A stretch of DNA of 64,000 nucleotides from an uncultured bacterium. GTDB taxonomy: Bacteria > Patescibacteriota > Minisyncoccia > Phycocordibacterales > Phycocordibacteraceae. Below are positions 29,922 to 40,320 of this stretch, piece after piece. The stretch is from contig CAWKPH010000002.1 of assembly GCA_963851445.1 (NCBI GenBank), forward strand, positions 102,183 to 166,182, given 5' to 3'. Below the pieces are notes generated by a model. It was not told the origin of the DNA. It saw only the letters and a program-made list of their open reading frames with translations, and did no database searches. The position numbers were made by a program, and so were the translations under genes. The number at the start of each line of letters is the position of its first letter. Within the stretch, counting starts at the first letter, position 1.

Positions 29922-31016
29922 ATGTTGACTCCTTATTTTTTTCCGACCGCAGCTCCGCTCTTCAATGCAGCGCGCGTCCTTATACCCTTCATCGTCGCAT
30001 TCGCAGTAGGAATATTGTTTGCACCTCTTCTCACACACTACCTCTATAAATATAAGGCGTGGAAAAAGAAAGCGGGAAAGGAAAAGGGTATGGGGGACGA
30101 CAACGGAACACCTCTTTTCAACGAGCTTCACAAGGACCGCGAAATCTCGGTACCACGCATGGGCGGTATTCTTGTATGGGGCGCCGTTGTTATAACTACT
30201 CTCGGTATCATGCTTCTAGGCATGATTTTTGGTGGGCCATTTATTCTTCTTAATTTCTTCAATCGTAGTCAGACCTGGCTTCCACTTGCCGCACTTGTCG
30301 TTGGAGGAATTACGGGGCTGATCGACGATACACTTGAAATCAATCGTAGTCGTGGCGGACTCTCCCTTTCGTGGCGTATTCTTATTGTCGCTCTGTTTGC
30401 GTGCTTTGCTGGCTGGTGGTTTTATACAAAACTTGGCGTATCAGGGATTGGCATGCCGTTTGTGGGCACCCTTCCGCTTGGACCGTTTTTCATTCCATTT
30501 TTCATACTCGTGACACTTGCACTCTATGCAAGCGGAGTTATCGATGGCATAGACGGGCTTGCGGGCGGCGTCTTTGCGATTATATTCCTCGCCTACGCGG
30601 GAATCGCCTTTGCGCAGAGTCAGGTGGCACTCGCGGGGTTTGCGGCGACCGTGTCAGGAGCGATATTCGCCTTTCTATGGTTCAATGTGCCACCCGCGCG
30701 CTTCTATCTTTCTGAGACAGGAAGTATGGCGCTCACACTTGCACTGGCGGTTACCGCTTTTTCAGCAGATACGCTCGGAGGAGGAGTTGGTGTTATTGTC
30801 CTTCCAATAATCGCTCTTCCGCTCACCATTACGGTTATTGCGAACATACTACAAGTATTCTGGAAGAAAGTTTTTAAGCGCAAACTTTTCCATATCGCCC
30901 CTATTCATCATCACTTTGAGACGCTCGGCTGGCCACCCTATAAGGTCACCATGCGCTACTGGATCATCACTATCATGGCTGGCGTATTCGGACTCGCAAT
31001 TGCTCTGTTAAAATAA
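29922..31016 (+). CDS. mraY: Phospho-N-acetylmuramoyl-pentapeptide transferase
   Basis: 10-TM protein with VPRMGG (TPTMGG-like) motif, DD and HHH conserved boxes. Confidence 0.9.
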   Translation: MLTPYFFPTAAPLFNAARVLIPFIVAFAVGILFAPLLTHYLYKYKAWKKKAGKEKGMGDDNGTPLFNELHKDREISVPRMGGILVWGAVVITTLGIMLLGMIFGGPFILLNFFNRSQTWLPLAALVVGGITGLIDDTLEINRSRGGLSLSWRILIVALFACFAGWWFYTKLGVSGIGMPFVGTLPLGPFFIPFFILVTLALYASGVIDGIDGLAGGVFAIIFLAYAGIAFAQSQVALAGFAATVSGAIFAFLWFNVPPARFYLSETGSMALTLALAVTAFSADTLGGGVGVIVLPIIALPLTITVIANILQVFWKKVFKRKLFHIAPIHHHFETLGWPPYKVTMRYWIITIMAGVFGLAIALLK

Positions 31017-31020
31017 AAGA

Positions 31021-32136
31021 ATGTTTAACCGTCTTTCGGGGGACCGGATCTTCGCGAGCATTGTTATTGCACTTGTGGTCGGTGGTCTTGCAGTTTTTGC
31101 ATCTGCAACGCTTGGCCTTCTTGCGCGTGCGGGTGAGTCACCTTGGCATGTTGCATTCGATCAAATTTTCTTAGGACTTATTCCCGGTACTATTGCGCTC
31201 ACTTTTCTTCGTTTCGCACCGCCGAAGTGGATCATGAAAGCCGTCTTTCCTTTCTACATTGCTTCAATCGTTTTCACACTGTTTGTGTTCATACCGCATG
31301 TGGGATATCACGCACTGGGCGCGAGCCGCTGGATTCAGATCGGATCGGCTACTATTCAGCCAGCGGAGTTCCTCAAGATTGCGGTGGTACTTATGCTTGC
31401 AGGATATCTTTCGGGTGTGAAAAAAGGTATAAGCGATATTAAACAAGGACTTCTCGTATTTATCGTAATTGTTGGAATTCCGTGCCTCATACTTATCGCA
31501 CAACCAAATACATCCACTACCCTTATCATTGGAGCTACCTGTGTGGCACTTTATTTCCTTGCGGGAGCACCGTGGCGCGACTTCGCCATAATCTTTGGAG
31601 GAGCAATCATTGGACTTACGATCTTGGTTGCTATTCGCCCCTACCTCCTCGGGCGCATACTGACGTATGTCGATCCCGCACGAGCGTCCCTTTCGAGCGG
31701 CTATCAAATCGAGCAGTCGTTAATTGCGGTGGGGTCAGGAAAACTAATCGGACGTGGATACGGGCAAAGTGTTCAGAAATTCAATTATCTTCCCGAGCCC
31801 AATAGTGATTCTGTATTTGCAGTGTACGGCGAGGAGTTTGGATTTCTGGGCACGGTAGCGTTGGTTTTTGCATATGTGCTATTTGCGGCACGCGGCTTTT
31901 ATATTGCAATCGAAGCATCCAATACCTTTGGCGCACTTACCGTTACCGGTCTTACGCTTCTTATCACACTCTCTGCATTTCTGAATATGGCAGCACTTCT
32001 TGGCATCCTGCCACTTACCGGATTACCGCTTCCATTCATTAGCCAAGGAGGCACAGCGCTCTTAGCGGCGCTTGCATCGGTGGGGATCATCCTAAATGTT
32101 GCGGCACATCGTACAAAAAAGACCCATCTCGCGTAG
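31021..32136 (+). CDS. ftsW: SEDS-family peptidoglycan glycosyltransferase (FtsW/RodA)
   Basis: 10-TM SEDS architecture. Conserved ...DSVFAV..EE.G..G and PLPFIS.GG motifs. Confidence 0.85.
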   Translation: MFNRLSGDRIFASIVIALVVGGLAVFASATLGLLARAGESPWHVAFDQIFLGLIPGTIALTFLRFAPPKWIMKAVFPFYIASIVFTLFVFIPHVGYHALGASRWIQIGSATIQPAEFLKIAVVLMLAGYLSGVKKGISDIKQGLLVFIVIVGIPCLILIAQPNTSTTLIIGATCVALYFLAGAPWRDFAIIFGGAIIGLTILVAIRPYLLGRILTYVDPARASLSSGYQIEQSLIAVGSGKLIGRGYGQSVQKFNYLPEPNSDSVFAVYGEEFGFLGTVALVFAYVLFAARGFYIAIEASNTFGALTVTGLTLLITLSAFLNMAALLGILPLTGLPLPFISQGGTALLAALASVGIILNVAAHRTKKTHLA

Positions 32137-32163
32137 TGCGTGTTATACTCGGCCTAAACGCTT

Positions 32164-33315
32164 ATGAAGATTGTGTTTACCGGCGGAGCCACAGGCGGCC
32201 ATTTTTATCCGCTGATCGCGGTTGCAGAGGCGATACACCAAGTGGTTGCTGAACGTCGTCTGTTAGAGCCAAAGCTCTTTTATATCGCTCCTACACCGTT
32301 CGATGAAGAAGCTCTTTTCGCAAATGCTATTACGTACGTACACAGTCCTGCAGGGAAGGTGAGGCGATATGTATCGGCACGTAATTTTACCGATGTCTTC
32401 GTAACGCTTAGCGGCACCCTTAGTTCGCTCATAACACTTTTCAAAATTTACCCTGATGTCGTATTCTCCAAAGGTGGTTTTGCGAGCGTCCCAACGGTGC
32501 TTGCGGCACATTTTTTAGGCATCCCTATTGTCATTCACGAGTCTGATTCGAAATTTGGTCGCGCGAATAAACTTGCCGCTCGGTATGCATACCGTATTGG
32601 TGTTGCCTTCGATAGCGCCGCTGAGGGTCTGCCGCCTAAACAGCGCGCAAAAGTGGCGCGCACCGGAATCCCTATACGTAGCGAGCTCGAACTTCCTGAA
32701 TCGGAAGGAGCAAAAAGTGCACTCGGTCTCGTTCCTCTTCTTCCAACAATACTCATTATGGGTGGCTCGCTTGGGTCGCAGCGCATCAACGAGATGATTT
32801 TGACTGCACTTCCGGAGCTTATTGCATTTGCGAATATCATTCACCAAACGGGTAAGGATAATTTTAAGGATGTCGAGGCTGAGGCAAGCGTTGTGCTTGA
32901 GGGCAACGCTAATCGCGATCGTTACCATGTATTTCCATATCTGAGCGCGCAGTCTATACGTCAAGCTGCAAGTGCGGCGGACCTGATCGTGTCGCGTGCG
33001 GGTACGGGTGCTATTGCTGAAATTTCACACTGGAAAAAGCCAGCCATACTCATTCCCATTCCCGAATCGGTGAGCCACGATCAGCGCACAAACGCGTATG
33101 CGTATGCCCATACCGGCGCTGCGATTGTACTCGAAGAAGCGAACATGACAGGACACGTACTTATGTCTGAAATCAAACGCCTTACCAGTGATCTTTCTCT
33201 TGCAAAGGAAATGGGAGAGAAAGGTGCGGCGTTCGGCTCTACAGATGCCGCGCGTGTCATTGCTGAGGAACTTCTTTCAATTGGACTGGCGCATGAACCA
33301 GCGCAGGGTGTATAG
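32164..33315 (+). CDS. murG: UDP-GlcNAc:undecaprenyl-PP-MurNAc-pentapeptide GlcNAc transferase
   Basis: N-terminal GGTGGH and a GT-B fold C-terminal motif. Confidence 0.9.
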   Translation: MKIVFTGGATGGHFYPLIAVAEAIHQVVAERRLLEPKLFYIAPTPFDEEALFANAITYVHSPAGKVRRYVSARNFTDVFVTLSGTLSSLITLFKIYPDVVFSKGGFASVPTVLAAHFLGIPIVIHESDSKFGRANKLAARYAYRIGVAFDSAAEGLPPKQRAKVARTGIPIRSELELPESEGAKSALGLVPLLPTILIMGGSLGSQRINEMILTALPELIAFANIIHQTGKDNFKDVEAEASVVLEGNANRDRYHVFPYLSAQSIRQAASAADLIVSRAGTGAIAEISHWKKPAILIPIPESVSHDQRTNAYAYAHTGAAIVLEEANMTGHVLMSEIKRLTSDLSLAKEMGEKGAAFGSTDAARVIAEELLSIGLAHEPAQGV

Positions 33316-33329
33316 GGAGAAACAGTACC

Positions 33330-34817
33330 ATGACCATACGTACACGATTCGCCCCAAGCCCAACCGGATTTCTCCATGTAGGTAGCGCACGCACGGCCCT
33401 CTATGCATGGCTCTATGCACGTAAATATGGGGGGCAGTTCATTCTACGCATTGAGGACACGGACAAGGAGAGGGAAGTTGAAGGATCGATCGGCCACATC
33501 ATGGAATGCCTACGTTGGCTTGGCCTTATGTGGGATGAGGGGCCAAATATCGATGGCCCCTATGCGCCCTATGTACAGTCCGCACGACTTGAACTCTACA
33601 AGGAATATGCACGTAAGCTTCTTGCAGCGGGTTTTGCATATCCCGATCCCTATACATCCGAAGAAATTGAAGTGCTTCGCCAGCAAGCGATAGGTGAGAA
33701 ACGAGCATTCTTGTATCGCGAGCATCGCCCTCACATGGCTACAAAATGGGACGGTACACAACCGCTTCGTTTTCGCGTTCCCGCGCTAAAGCGTTACGAA
33801 TGGGTTGATCTTGTTCGGGGACCTCTCTCCGCAGGTGAAGAGGCACTCGACGATTTCATACTTATGAAGGGTGACGGATTCCCGACCTATAACTTTTGTC
33901 ATGTGGTCGACGATATAGAAATGAAAGTAACCCATGTTATGCGAGGCGAGGAATTTATTTCTTCCACGCCAAAATTTCTTTCGCTGTATGAAGCTCTCAA
34001 AACCGCGCCACCACAATTTGCTACGTTACCGCCCATACTTGGGGAGACTGGCACAAAGAAATTGAGTAAACGAGATGGTGCTAAAGACATTCTCGATTAC
34101 CGGGCAGAGGGGTATTTGCCTGAAGCGCTTGTGAATTTTCTTGCGCTTCTTGGGTGGAATCCTGGTACTGAACAAGAGGTCTTTAGCATGGAGGCTCTTA
34201 TCGCACATTTCGACCTCGCTCGCGTGCAACGATCCGGTGCAATGTTCGACGACAACAAGTTGCTTTTCATAAACCAACAATGGATGCGTGGGCTCTCCGA
34301 TGAAGAATTCCTTATGCAAGGTCAACTGGTTGCGCCTGAAGCAGTACCCAAATCGCACGTACAAGAAAATGCTACCGAAAATCAAATACGGCTCCTGAAA
34401 TCAGTACCGCTTCTTAAGGAACGGGCCCACACATTTTCTGAGGCACAGGATATGCTTACTGGCGAGCTATCGTGCTTATTTACAGACCCCAACCCAGAGA
34501 AGACTCCTTTGCTTGCCAAGGAGCCGAAAAACAACCCTCCAGGTCTCACAAAAACAAGCCTCACAGAGCTTTTAGAGCATATTCAAGCATTGTCTCAAAG
34601 CACCTTCGAATCTGGCCCAGAGGCCCTAAAAACAGCTCTTATGGGCTATGCGGATGCCAATCCTAAAGAACAGGGAGGTAGGGGGGCAATTCTCTGGCCG
34701 CTTCGCTACGCGCTCTCGGGAAAGGAGCATTCTCCAGATCCGTTTTCTCTTATCTATATATTAGGCAAAGATGAAAGCATATTTCGCATCCAAACGGCAC
34801 TTGCTATACTGGATTAA
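33330..34817 (+). CDS. gltX: Glutamyl-tRNA synthetase
   Basis: RFAPSPTGFLHVGSAR (HIGH motif) and KLSKR. Confidence 0.9.
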   Translation: MTIRTRFAPSPTGFLHVGSARTALYAWLYARKYGGQFILRIEDTDKEREVEGSIGHIMECLRWLGLMWDEGPNIDGPYAPYVQSARLELYKEYARKLLAAGFAYPDPYTSEEIEVLRQQAIGEKRAFLYREHRPHMATKWDGTQPLRFRVPALKRYEWVDLVRGPLSAGEEALDDFILMKGDGFPTYNFCHVVDDIEMKVTHVMRGEEFISSTPKFLSLYEALKTAPPQFATLPPILGETGTKKLSKRDGAKDILDYRAEGYLPEALVNFLALLGWNPGTEQEVFSMEALIAHFDLARVQRSGAMFDDNKLLFINQQWMRGLSDEEFLMQGQLVAPEAVPKSHVQENATENQIRLLKSVPLLKERAHTFSEAQDMLTGELSCLFTDPNPEKTPLLAKEPKNNPPGLTKTSLTELLEHIQALSQSTFESGPEALKTALMGYADANPKEQGGRGAILWPLRYALSGKEHSPDPFSLIYILGKDESIFRIQTALAILD

Positions 34818-36193
34818 TGAAACGTGTTCTGATATTTGCGTCTGTAGTATTCGTTGCAATTGTTCTCACAAGTGTCACTCCTGCATTGTCGTACGCACAA
34901 ACCGCTTCGGGCACTCCCGCTAATGCCTCAGCAATCGAATCTCAAATTGATCAAAATACACAGCAGATTTCTTCAATCCAAAAAGATATTGACGCCTATA
35001 CGCAACAACTTAATACGCTTAGTACGAAGAAGCAGACCTTGCAGTCAACAATTAGTTCCATAGATTTGAATAAAGAAAAGACAACTGATGAGATAAATCA
35101 AACCGAAGACCAAATACAAACGGCAAATCTTACCCTGAATCAACTCGGGAGCCAGATCACTCTTAAACAAGCTGCGATTAATCTTGATCAACAGGCGCTG
35201 GCAGCATCACTTAGACAAATTCAAGGCGATGATCAGGTACCGTTTGTCGCAGCACTTTTTTCTGCATCTAGTTTCGCAAACGTATGGGAGGATATTGGCA
35301 TAGAAACACAGCTTAGTGAGTCACTTCAATCAAATGCCGCAAATCTCTCTGATGATAAAGTTCAACTCACTAGTCAACAGCAACAAGTGGCAAACACAAA
35401 AACGTCTTTAGTATCCGATACAACGAATCTTCAAACTCAAAGCGGGGAGCTTGCTGCAACCGAGGAAGCAAAACAAGAGCTTCTCGCGCAAACGAATTCT
35501 CAGCAAAGTACTTATCAGACTCTGCTTACCGAAAAGAAAGCTGAGGAGGCCCAATTTGAGAGCGAGCTTACAAGCCTTCAGAACAGCCTCAAGGGAATCT
35601 CCCCCTCTGCGGTACCCGTAGCGGGGCAGGGAATTCTGAATTGGCCTTTTGCCGATTCAATCATGCAGAATTGTGTAGGGAAGCAGGGCGCTCTGGGCAA
35701 TCCCTACTGTATTACACAATATTTTGGTAACACCCCATTTGCGACTGCAAACCCGGCTATTTATAGCGGTATGGGGCATGATGGTGTTGATATTGGGGTA
35801 CCCATTGGCACACCGGTAGAAGCAGCTCTTGACGGCGTTGTTGCGGGCACGGGAGACACCGATCTTATTCACAATGCTGCAGGCAATCAATGTTACTCAT
35901 TTGGTAAATGGATCATGATCCAGCATCCGAACGGACTTAATACCATGTACGCACACCTTTCCGTTATAGGGGTTACGAAAGGGGAGCAGGTTACTACCGG
36001 GCAAGTCATAGGATACTCGGGCATGACTGGCTATGCGACAGGTCCTCACCTACACTTTGGTGTGTATGCCACCGCAGGTGTGCAGTATACGACCTTAGGC
36101 GCTTTCCACGGTACTGACACGCCCTGCTCGGATGCAACCATGCCCGTTGCACCTGAGGATGCCTATCTCAATCCGCTTTCGTATCTTTTGTGA
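34817..36193 (+). CDS. M23-family metallopeptidase with N-terminal coiled coil (EnvC/murein-hydrolase-activator-like)
   Basis: Signal/TM anchor, long Gln-rich coiled coil, C-terminal LytM domain (HxxxD ...HLHFGVY). Confidence 0.8.
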   Translation: MKRVLIFASVVFVAIVLTSVTPALSYAQTASGTPANASAIESQIDQNTQQISSIQKDIDAYTQQLNTLSTKKQTLQSTISSIDLNKEKTTDEINQTEDQIQTANLTLNQLGSQITLKQAAINLDQQALAASLRQIQGDDQVPFVAALFSASSFANVWEDIGIETQLSESLQSNAANLSDDKVQLTSQQQQVANTKTSLVSDTTNLQTQSGELAATEEAKQELLAQTNSQQSTYQTLLTEKKAEEAQFESELTSLQNSLKGISPSAVPVAGQGILNWPFADSIMQNCVGKQGALGNPYCITQYFGNTPFATANPAIYSGMGHDGVDIGVPIGTPVEAALDGVVAGTGDTDLIHNAAGNQCYSFGKWIMIQHPNGLNTMYAHLSVIGVTKGEQVTTGQVIGYSGMTGYATGPHLHFGVYATAGVQYTTLGAFHGTDTPCSDATMPVAPEDAYLNPLSYLL

Positions 36194-36210
36194 TGTCGTA
36201 TAGTTGAGGT

Positions 36211-36399
36211 ATGATCCGCATCATCTTTTGGATTATCATCATAGTGTTCATTCTTTCAGCGCTAGGTATATCACTCCATTCGCTTATCAATTCTCCTCTA
36301 ACCCAGGCAAACTTCTCTTATTTGTGGCAACTGGTGGTATCAATTGTACAAACCATCTGGCACGCACTTACTGCTCTCGTGAATAGACATACGGGATGA
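36211..36399 (+). CDS. Hypothetical small membrane protein
   Basis: 62 aa with 2 hydrophobic helices. Confidence 0.3.
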   Translation: MIRIIFWIIIIVFILSALGISLHSLINSPLTQANFSYLWQLVVSIVQTIWHALTALVNRHTG

Positions 36400-36692
36400 C
36401 CTATTTAAAATCTGCTATATTGTACCTATGAGAAAAACAGACGCGGTCACCATTCTACAGATAACAAACAATGTTAATACCGTATTCGGCCTAGGATCAG
36501 ATCAAAATATATACCAATGGAATATGCTCGATTCTTCATGGCATATGTTTATTGTAGAAAAAGAGAAAAATCCCGGGAATTAAATAATACTGTAGGCGTT
36601 ATTCAACGACGATTCTTGCGCAGCGGTTTCAGAGAGCTATAGTTATAGTAGTAGTTCTCTAGGGTCTTTTACCAGGCCTAACCCCCAATCCT

Positions 36693-36887
36693 ATGTGGCA
36701 ACACGCGGTAAATATCGTTTTAGGAATCTGGATCATTGGCGTTTCGCTCTACGTGCTCCAGTCTATTGGTCACACTCTTGGCTGGATGCTCATCATTCCA
36801 GGAGTTCTAATAGTTGCTGTTGCATTTTGGGGTCTTGCCGAAGAATTAGATTTGTATTCACATACGCGTAAAGACAATGGCATGTAG
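36693..36887 (+). CDS. Hypothetical small membrane protein
   Basis: 64 aa with 2 TM helices. Confidence 0.3.
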   Translation: MWQHAVNIVLGIWIIGVSLYVLQSIGHTLGWMLIIPGVLIVAVAFWGLAEELDLYSHTRKDNGM

Positions 36888-37005
36888 TGGTAGTAGACAT
36901 AAATGTTTAGTTAATTTCGCGAAGAAATCCACTATTCGGTCGTGCAGAAATGTTTTGCACCGTTTTCTCTAGGGCTTTCGTATAGTATAGAAACCTTATT
37001 CTTCA

Positions 37006-37434
37006 ATGTCCTTATTACCTCGCAAGAAAGGGAAATCAGAGTCCCTCGGTTCGGATGTGTCTACTGTTCCGGCGATACTTTTGGGTGATATTCGAGTGCC
37101 CGTTGAGGTAGTCTCTACCCCTGAGGCTATACAGAAGGGGCTTTCTGGACGTAGGGAACTTCCAGAATCTCATGGTATGCTGTTCATATTCGACCATTCG
37201 GCGCAGTTCAGATTCTGGATGCGGCGAATGTATTTCCCACTGGACATGATTTGGATAAGTGACGCTAAGAAGATAGTCGACATAACGAAGAACGTCCCGC
37301 CTCTCTCCTTTTTTTCAAAAGCAGTCTTCTATAGTCCAAAGACTTTTGCTCGGTATGTGCTTGAGGTAAATGCGAATTTTTGCGACACTCACCATATCAC
37401 GATTGATACCCCTGTTCAGTTTGTTTCGCTATAG
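37006..37434 (+). CDS. DUF192-family protein
   Basis: GLSGRRELPESHGMLFIF...FWMRRMYFPLDMIW...YVLEV matches the DUF192/COG1430 pattern. Confidence 0.65.
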   Translation: MSLLPRKKGKSESLGSDVSTVPAILLGDIRVPVEVVSTPEAIQKGLSGRRELPESHGMLFIFDHSAQFRFWMRRMYFPLDMIWISDAKKIVDITKNVPPLSFFSKAVFYSPKTFARYVLEVNANFCDTHHITIDTPVQFVSL

Positions 37435-37436
37435 GT

Positions 37437-38501
37437 ATGGAAATTGCGCCGCTAGCCGAGAAAGATCGTTCGGAGTGGAATACATTTGTAGCTGAACAAT
37501 TTCCACCAGTGGGCGCATTTCTCCAAAGTTGGGAATGGGGGACATTCAAGGGAATTCTGCACGAGAAGGTTATACGTTTTGCTATACGAGACGGAGATAT
37601 GTGGATCGGGTGTTTTCAGCTTGAAATACATGCACTTCCCGCGGGTTTTAAATATGGCTATGCGCCACGCGGGCCGGTGCTACGAAAGGAGCTATGGTCG
37701 GACTCTATACGAGTGAGCGAAATATTTGCTGAGATAATCAATTATCTTCGAAAGAATTATCCTTCGCTTATTTTTGTGCGCCTCGAGCCTCCCCATAAAG
37801 AGCAATTCGATTTTTACTTTAGGAGACCGTTTAGAAAACTACCCCAGTATCTGCAACCTAGGTTCAATCAGCTTATACGGCTTGATGACGCGGATGAGCT
37901 TCTGAAAACATTCGTATCTGATGTTCGGCACGATATTCGAGCTGCGCAGCGGCTCGGTATTGTGGTAACAAATAGTGAACGGCTTAGCCCAGAGGATACC
38001 CAGGCATTTGAGGAAATGAAGGCTCAAACCGGTGCGCGTAGTGGAAAGAATATTTTTCCCTCAAACGACTATTTCTTACATTTTCTTGATTCCTTTAAAG
38101 AGGGCACCAGCACGAGAAAATCGGAACCCTCTCTACGATATTTTATAGCTCGCAACAAGGAGGGGGTTCCGGTCGCAATCAATTTAAATCTTTTGTTTGC
38201 TGATACGCACACGTATCTCTACGGTGCTTCCTATTCAGGCGCACGTTCAAAACGCGCTCCTGCGTACCTACATTTTCAGACCATGCTACACGCGCGAGAG
38301 GATGGGTATGAATATTACGACCTTGGGGGTGTTGATCCACAGCTATGGCAAGGGCTTACGTACTTTAAGCAACAATTCGGGGGCGAAATGACCGAATATA
38401 TTGGTACGCTTGATGTCGTGATGAAACCTTCGCTCTATGCTCTCTACTGCACCGCTAAAAACACCTTTAGAACCTCGCTCCATCTTGGCGATGATAAGTG
38501 A
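37437..38501 (+). CDS. FemAB-family peptidoglycan interpeptide-bridge aminoacyltransferase (FemX/MurM-like)
   Basis: SWEWG and YGYAPRGP motifs and a GNAT-like tandem fold typical of FemAB. Confidence 0.75.
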   Translation: MEIAPLAEKDRSEWNTFVAEQFPPVGAFLQSWEWGTFKGILHEKVIRFAIRDGDMWIGCFQLEIHALPAGFKYGYAPRGPVLRKELWSDSIRVSEIFAEIINYLRKNYPSLIFVRLEPPHKEQFDFYFRRPFRKLPQYLQPRFNQLIRLDDADELLKTFVSDVRHDIRAAQRLGIVVTNSERLSPEDTQAFEEMKAQTGARSGKNIFPSNDYFLHFLDSFKEGTSTRKSEPSLRYFIARNKEGVPVAINLNLLFADTHTYLYGASYSGARSKRAPAYLHFQTMLHAREDGYEYYDLGGVDPQLWQGLTYFKQQFGGEMTEYIGTLDVVMKPSLYALYCTAKNTFRTSLHLGDDK

Positions 38502-38514
38502 TACTATTTTTGTA

Positions 38515-39645
38515 ATGCAGCATCATAAAAAGAAGAAAAGAGCGAAACGCTTGCCGCACTATTCATTTCTTGCGCCAACTCTGGGCGTTGTGGTGCTTGG
38601 TGTGGTAGTTTTGATCCTCTCACGCCATAGCGTGACGCAGTATATCCAGAACCAGAATAGTGATACGAGCACGATTGCGATCACTGCACCGGTGGTTAGC
38701 ACATCATCGCTTCCTGTCGCCAAAGAACTTGAGGATGGATACTATGTTTCGCAAACACGAAATAACTGTGGGCCTTCAGCGCTTTCCATGGATTTTTCCT
38801 TTTATGGAGTACATGTAAGTCAGGAGACTCTTGCAGATGATCTACGTCCTACACATAGCGAGGTGGGGAATGACGACAAATCCACAACCCCTGAGGAACT
38901 GGTCGCAGAAATTCAAAAATATGGCTTTACCGCCTACTACCGCCCCAATGGATCCATTCAGGAGCTCAAGGAATTTGTTGCGAACGGCATCCCTGTAATG
39001 ACGCGCACGCTCTTCATTCCGACCGAGGATTTTGGTCACTACCGCGTGATCAAGGGATACGATGATACGACTGGTCAGATTATTGATGAGGATGGTTTTC
39101 AGGGTCCTGAAATTCATTACTCGTATTCCGATTTCATGTCGCTCTGGGAAGAGTACAACTACGAGTACATCGTAATTGTTCCTCCGGGCAAGGAAGCTTT
39201 AGTTCAATCAATCATCGGCGCCGATGTTAGCACGACCACTGCCTGGCAGAATGCTCGAACAGTGGCACAAGCTGCATACACCTCAAATCCTTCAGACTTC
39301 CGAGCCGGCTTTAATCTTTCAGTCGCTGATTACTACCTCGGGAACTATGCTGATTCTGTTGCAGAATTTCAACAAGTTCAGTCACAGATTCCACAACATA
39401 CGCTTTGGTATCAGTTGGAGCCTATCGAGTCCTACTATGAGCTCGGTGACTATAGTGAAGTTTTCTCACTTGCTAACAGCATATTAAATAATGGTGACCC
39501 AGTGTATCCCGAGCTTTTGGTACTCGAAGGAGAGGCATATCAAAAACAGGGTGACGTCGTTCAGGCAAAAGCAGCGTATGAACTTGCACTTGTGTATAAC
39601 AAAAATTTAGTGAGTGCACAGCAAGCTCTGGCAGGCGTAAGTTAA
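38515..39645 (+). CDS. Membrane-anchored C39-like (BtrH-type) cysteine peptidase domain protein with C-terminal TPR-like region
   Basis: Basic N-terminus plus TM helix. Cys box NNCGPSAL and His box GHYRVIKGYDD. C-terminal helical repeats. Start set after the femAB stop. Confidence 0.55.
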   Translation: MQHHKKKKRAKRLPHYSFLAPTLGVVVLGVVVLILSRHSVTQYIQNQNSDTSTIAITAPVVSTSSLPVAKELEDGYYVSQTRNNCGPSALSMDFSFYGVHVSQETLADDLRPTHSEVGNDDKSTTPEELVAEIQKYGFTAYYRPNGSIQELKEFVANGIPVMTRTLFIPTEDFGHYRVIKGYDDTTGQIIDEDGFQGPEIHYSYSDFMSLWEEYNYEYIVIVPPGKEALVQSIIGADVSTTTAWQNARTVAQAAYTSNPSDFRAGFNLSVADYYLGNYADSVAEFQQVQSQIPQHTLWYQLEPIESYYELGDYSEVFSLANSILNNGDPVYPELLVLEGEAYQKQGDVVQAKAAYELALVYNKNLVSAQQALAGVS

Positions 39646-39649
39646 TCCA

Positions 39650-39715
39650 CATCGACATATGGGGCGAGATTCTGTTTAGTATAAAAACTGAGACCGCCTT
39701 GTTAGGGGCGGTCTC
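39650..39715 (+). repeat. Accessory-array repeat copy R1 (motif + terminator hairpin) at core/accessory boundary
   Basis: CATATGGGGCGAGATTCTGTTTAGTATAAAAACTGAG followed by hairpin GAGACCGCC-loop-GGCGGTCTC. On the - strand this is hairpin + AGTTTTTATAC, a terminator for the gene at 39744..40160. Confidence 0.55.
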
Positions 39716-39743
39716 GGGGAAAGTTTGAAAGAACGAGAGGCGA

Positions 39744-40160
39744 TTATTTCGCCTTCGAAGTCCGCACCGCCTTGAGGTATCTGCTATCTTCGCCGCGGGC
39801 CTCGCGATTCTTCGCGAGCTTCCGGCGTGCCGTGGCGACCTCGTCGGACGTACGCGCCCGGCGAACCACCTTCTTGGGAGGCAGCAGGATGTCATAGCCC
39901 TGCTGCGTATTGACCGAGATCTTGCCGGCCATGCTGGCCCGGAACAGAAGCACTTCGGCGCCTTTGGCGTAGGGACCTTTCCAGGCCACCTCGTCGAGGA
40001 GTCGATTGATGACCTCATCGATGACGCCCTGGTCTTTCGTGGCATGGGGGCCGAAAAGCTCGTAGGGGGCCATCGTCTGGACGACCCACTGGGAGCCCAT
40101 CTCACGCGGGGTGAGTTTGGTCTCGATGGGGTCGGTAGTGGGTACGTACGCGAGTGACAT
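39744..40160 (-). CDS. Hypothetical protein (GC-rich, Lys-rich C-terminus)
   Basis: 138-aa ORF in a visibly GC-rich segment. No recognisable motif. Confidence 0.45.
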   Translation of the reverse strand: MSLAYVPTTDPIETKLTPREMGSQWVVQTMAPYELFGPHATKDQGVIDEVINRLLDEVAWKGPYAKGAEVLLFRASMAGKISVNTQQGYDILLPPKKVVRRARTSDEVATARRKLAKNREARGEDSRYLKAVRTSKAK

Positions 40161-40320
40161 GGGAGGTTCTCCGCGATGCTGTCCTAAAAGGACGGTTTAT
40201 CCTGCATATAGACTAGCACGATTACTAAATATTGTCAAGCCTTGCCTTTCAATGCTTCTGCTTGAATGCTATAAAAAAGTCGCTGGGCGTACCCACCGAC
40301 TCTAACACTCACTGATAAAA

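Noticed and set aside
29922-32136. Missing murD between mraY and ftsW as a reportable anomaly
   Set aside because: The gene order mraY-ftsW-murG is visible, but murD could be elsewhere in the genome. This cannot be assessed from this window.
39473-40105. 210-aa Arg/Pro-rich ORF on the - strand
   Set aside because: It is an alternative frame of the GC-rich gene at 39744..40160. Its composition is typical of out-of-frame translation of GC-rich DNA.
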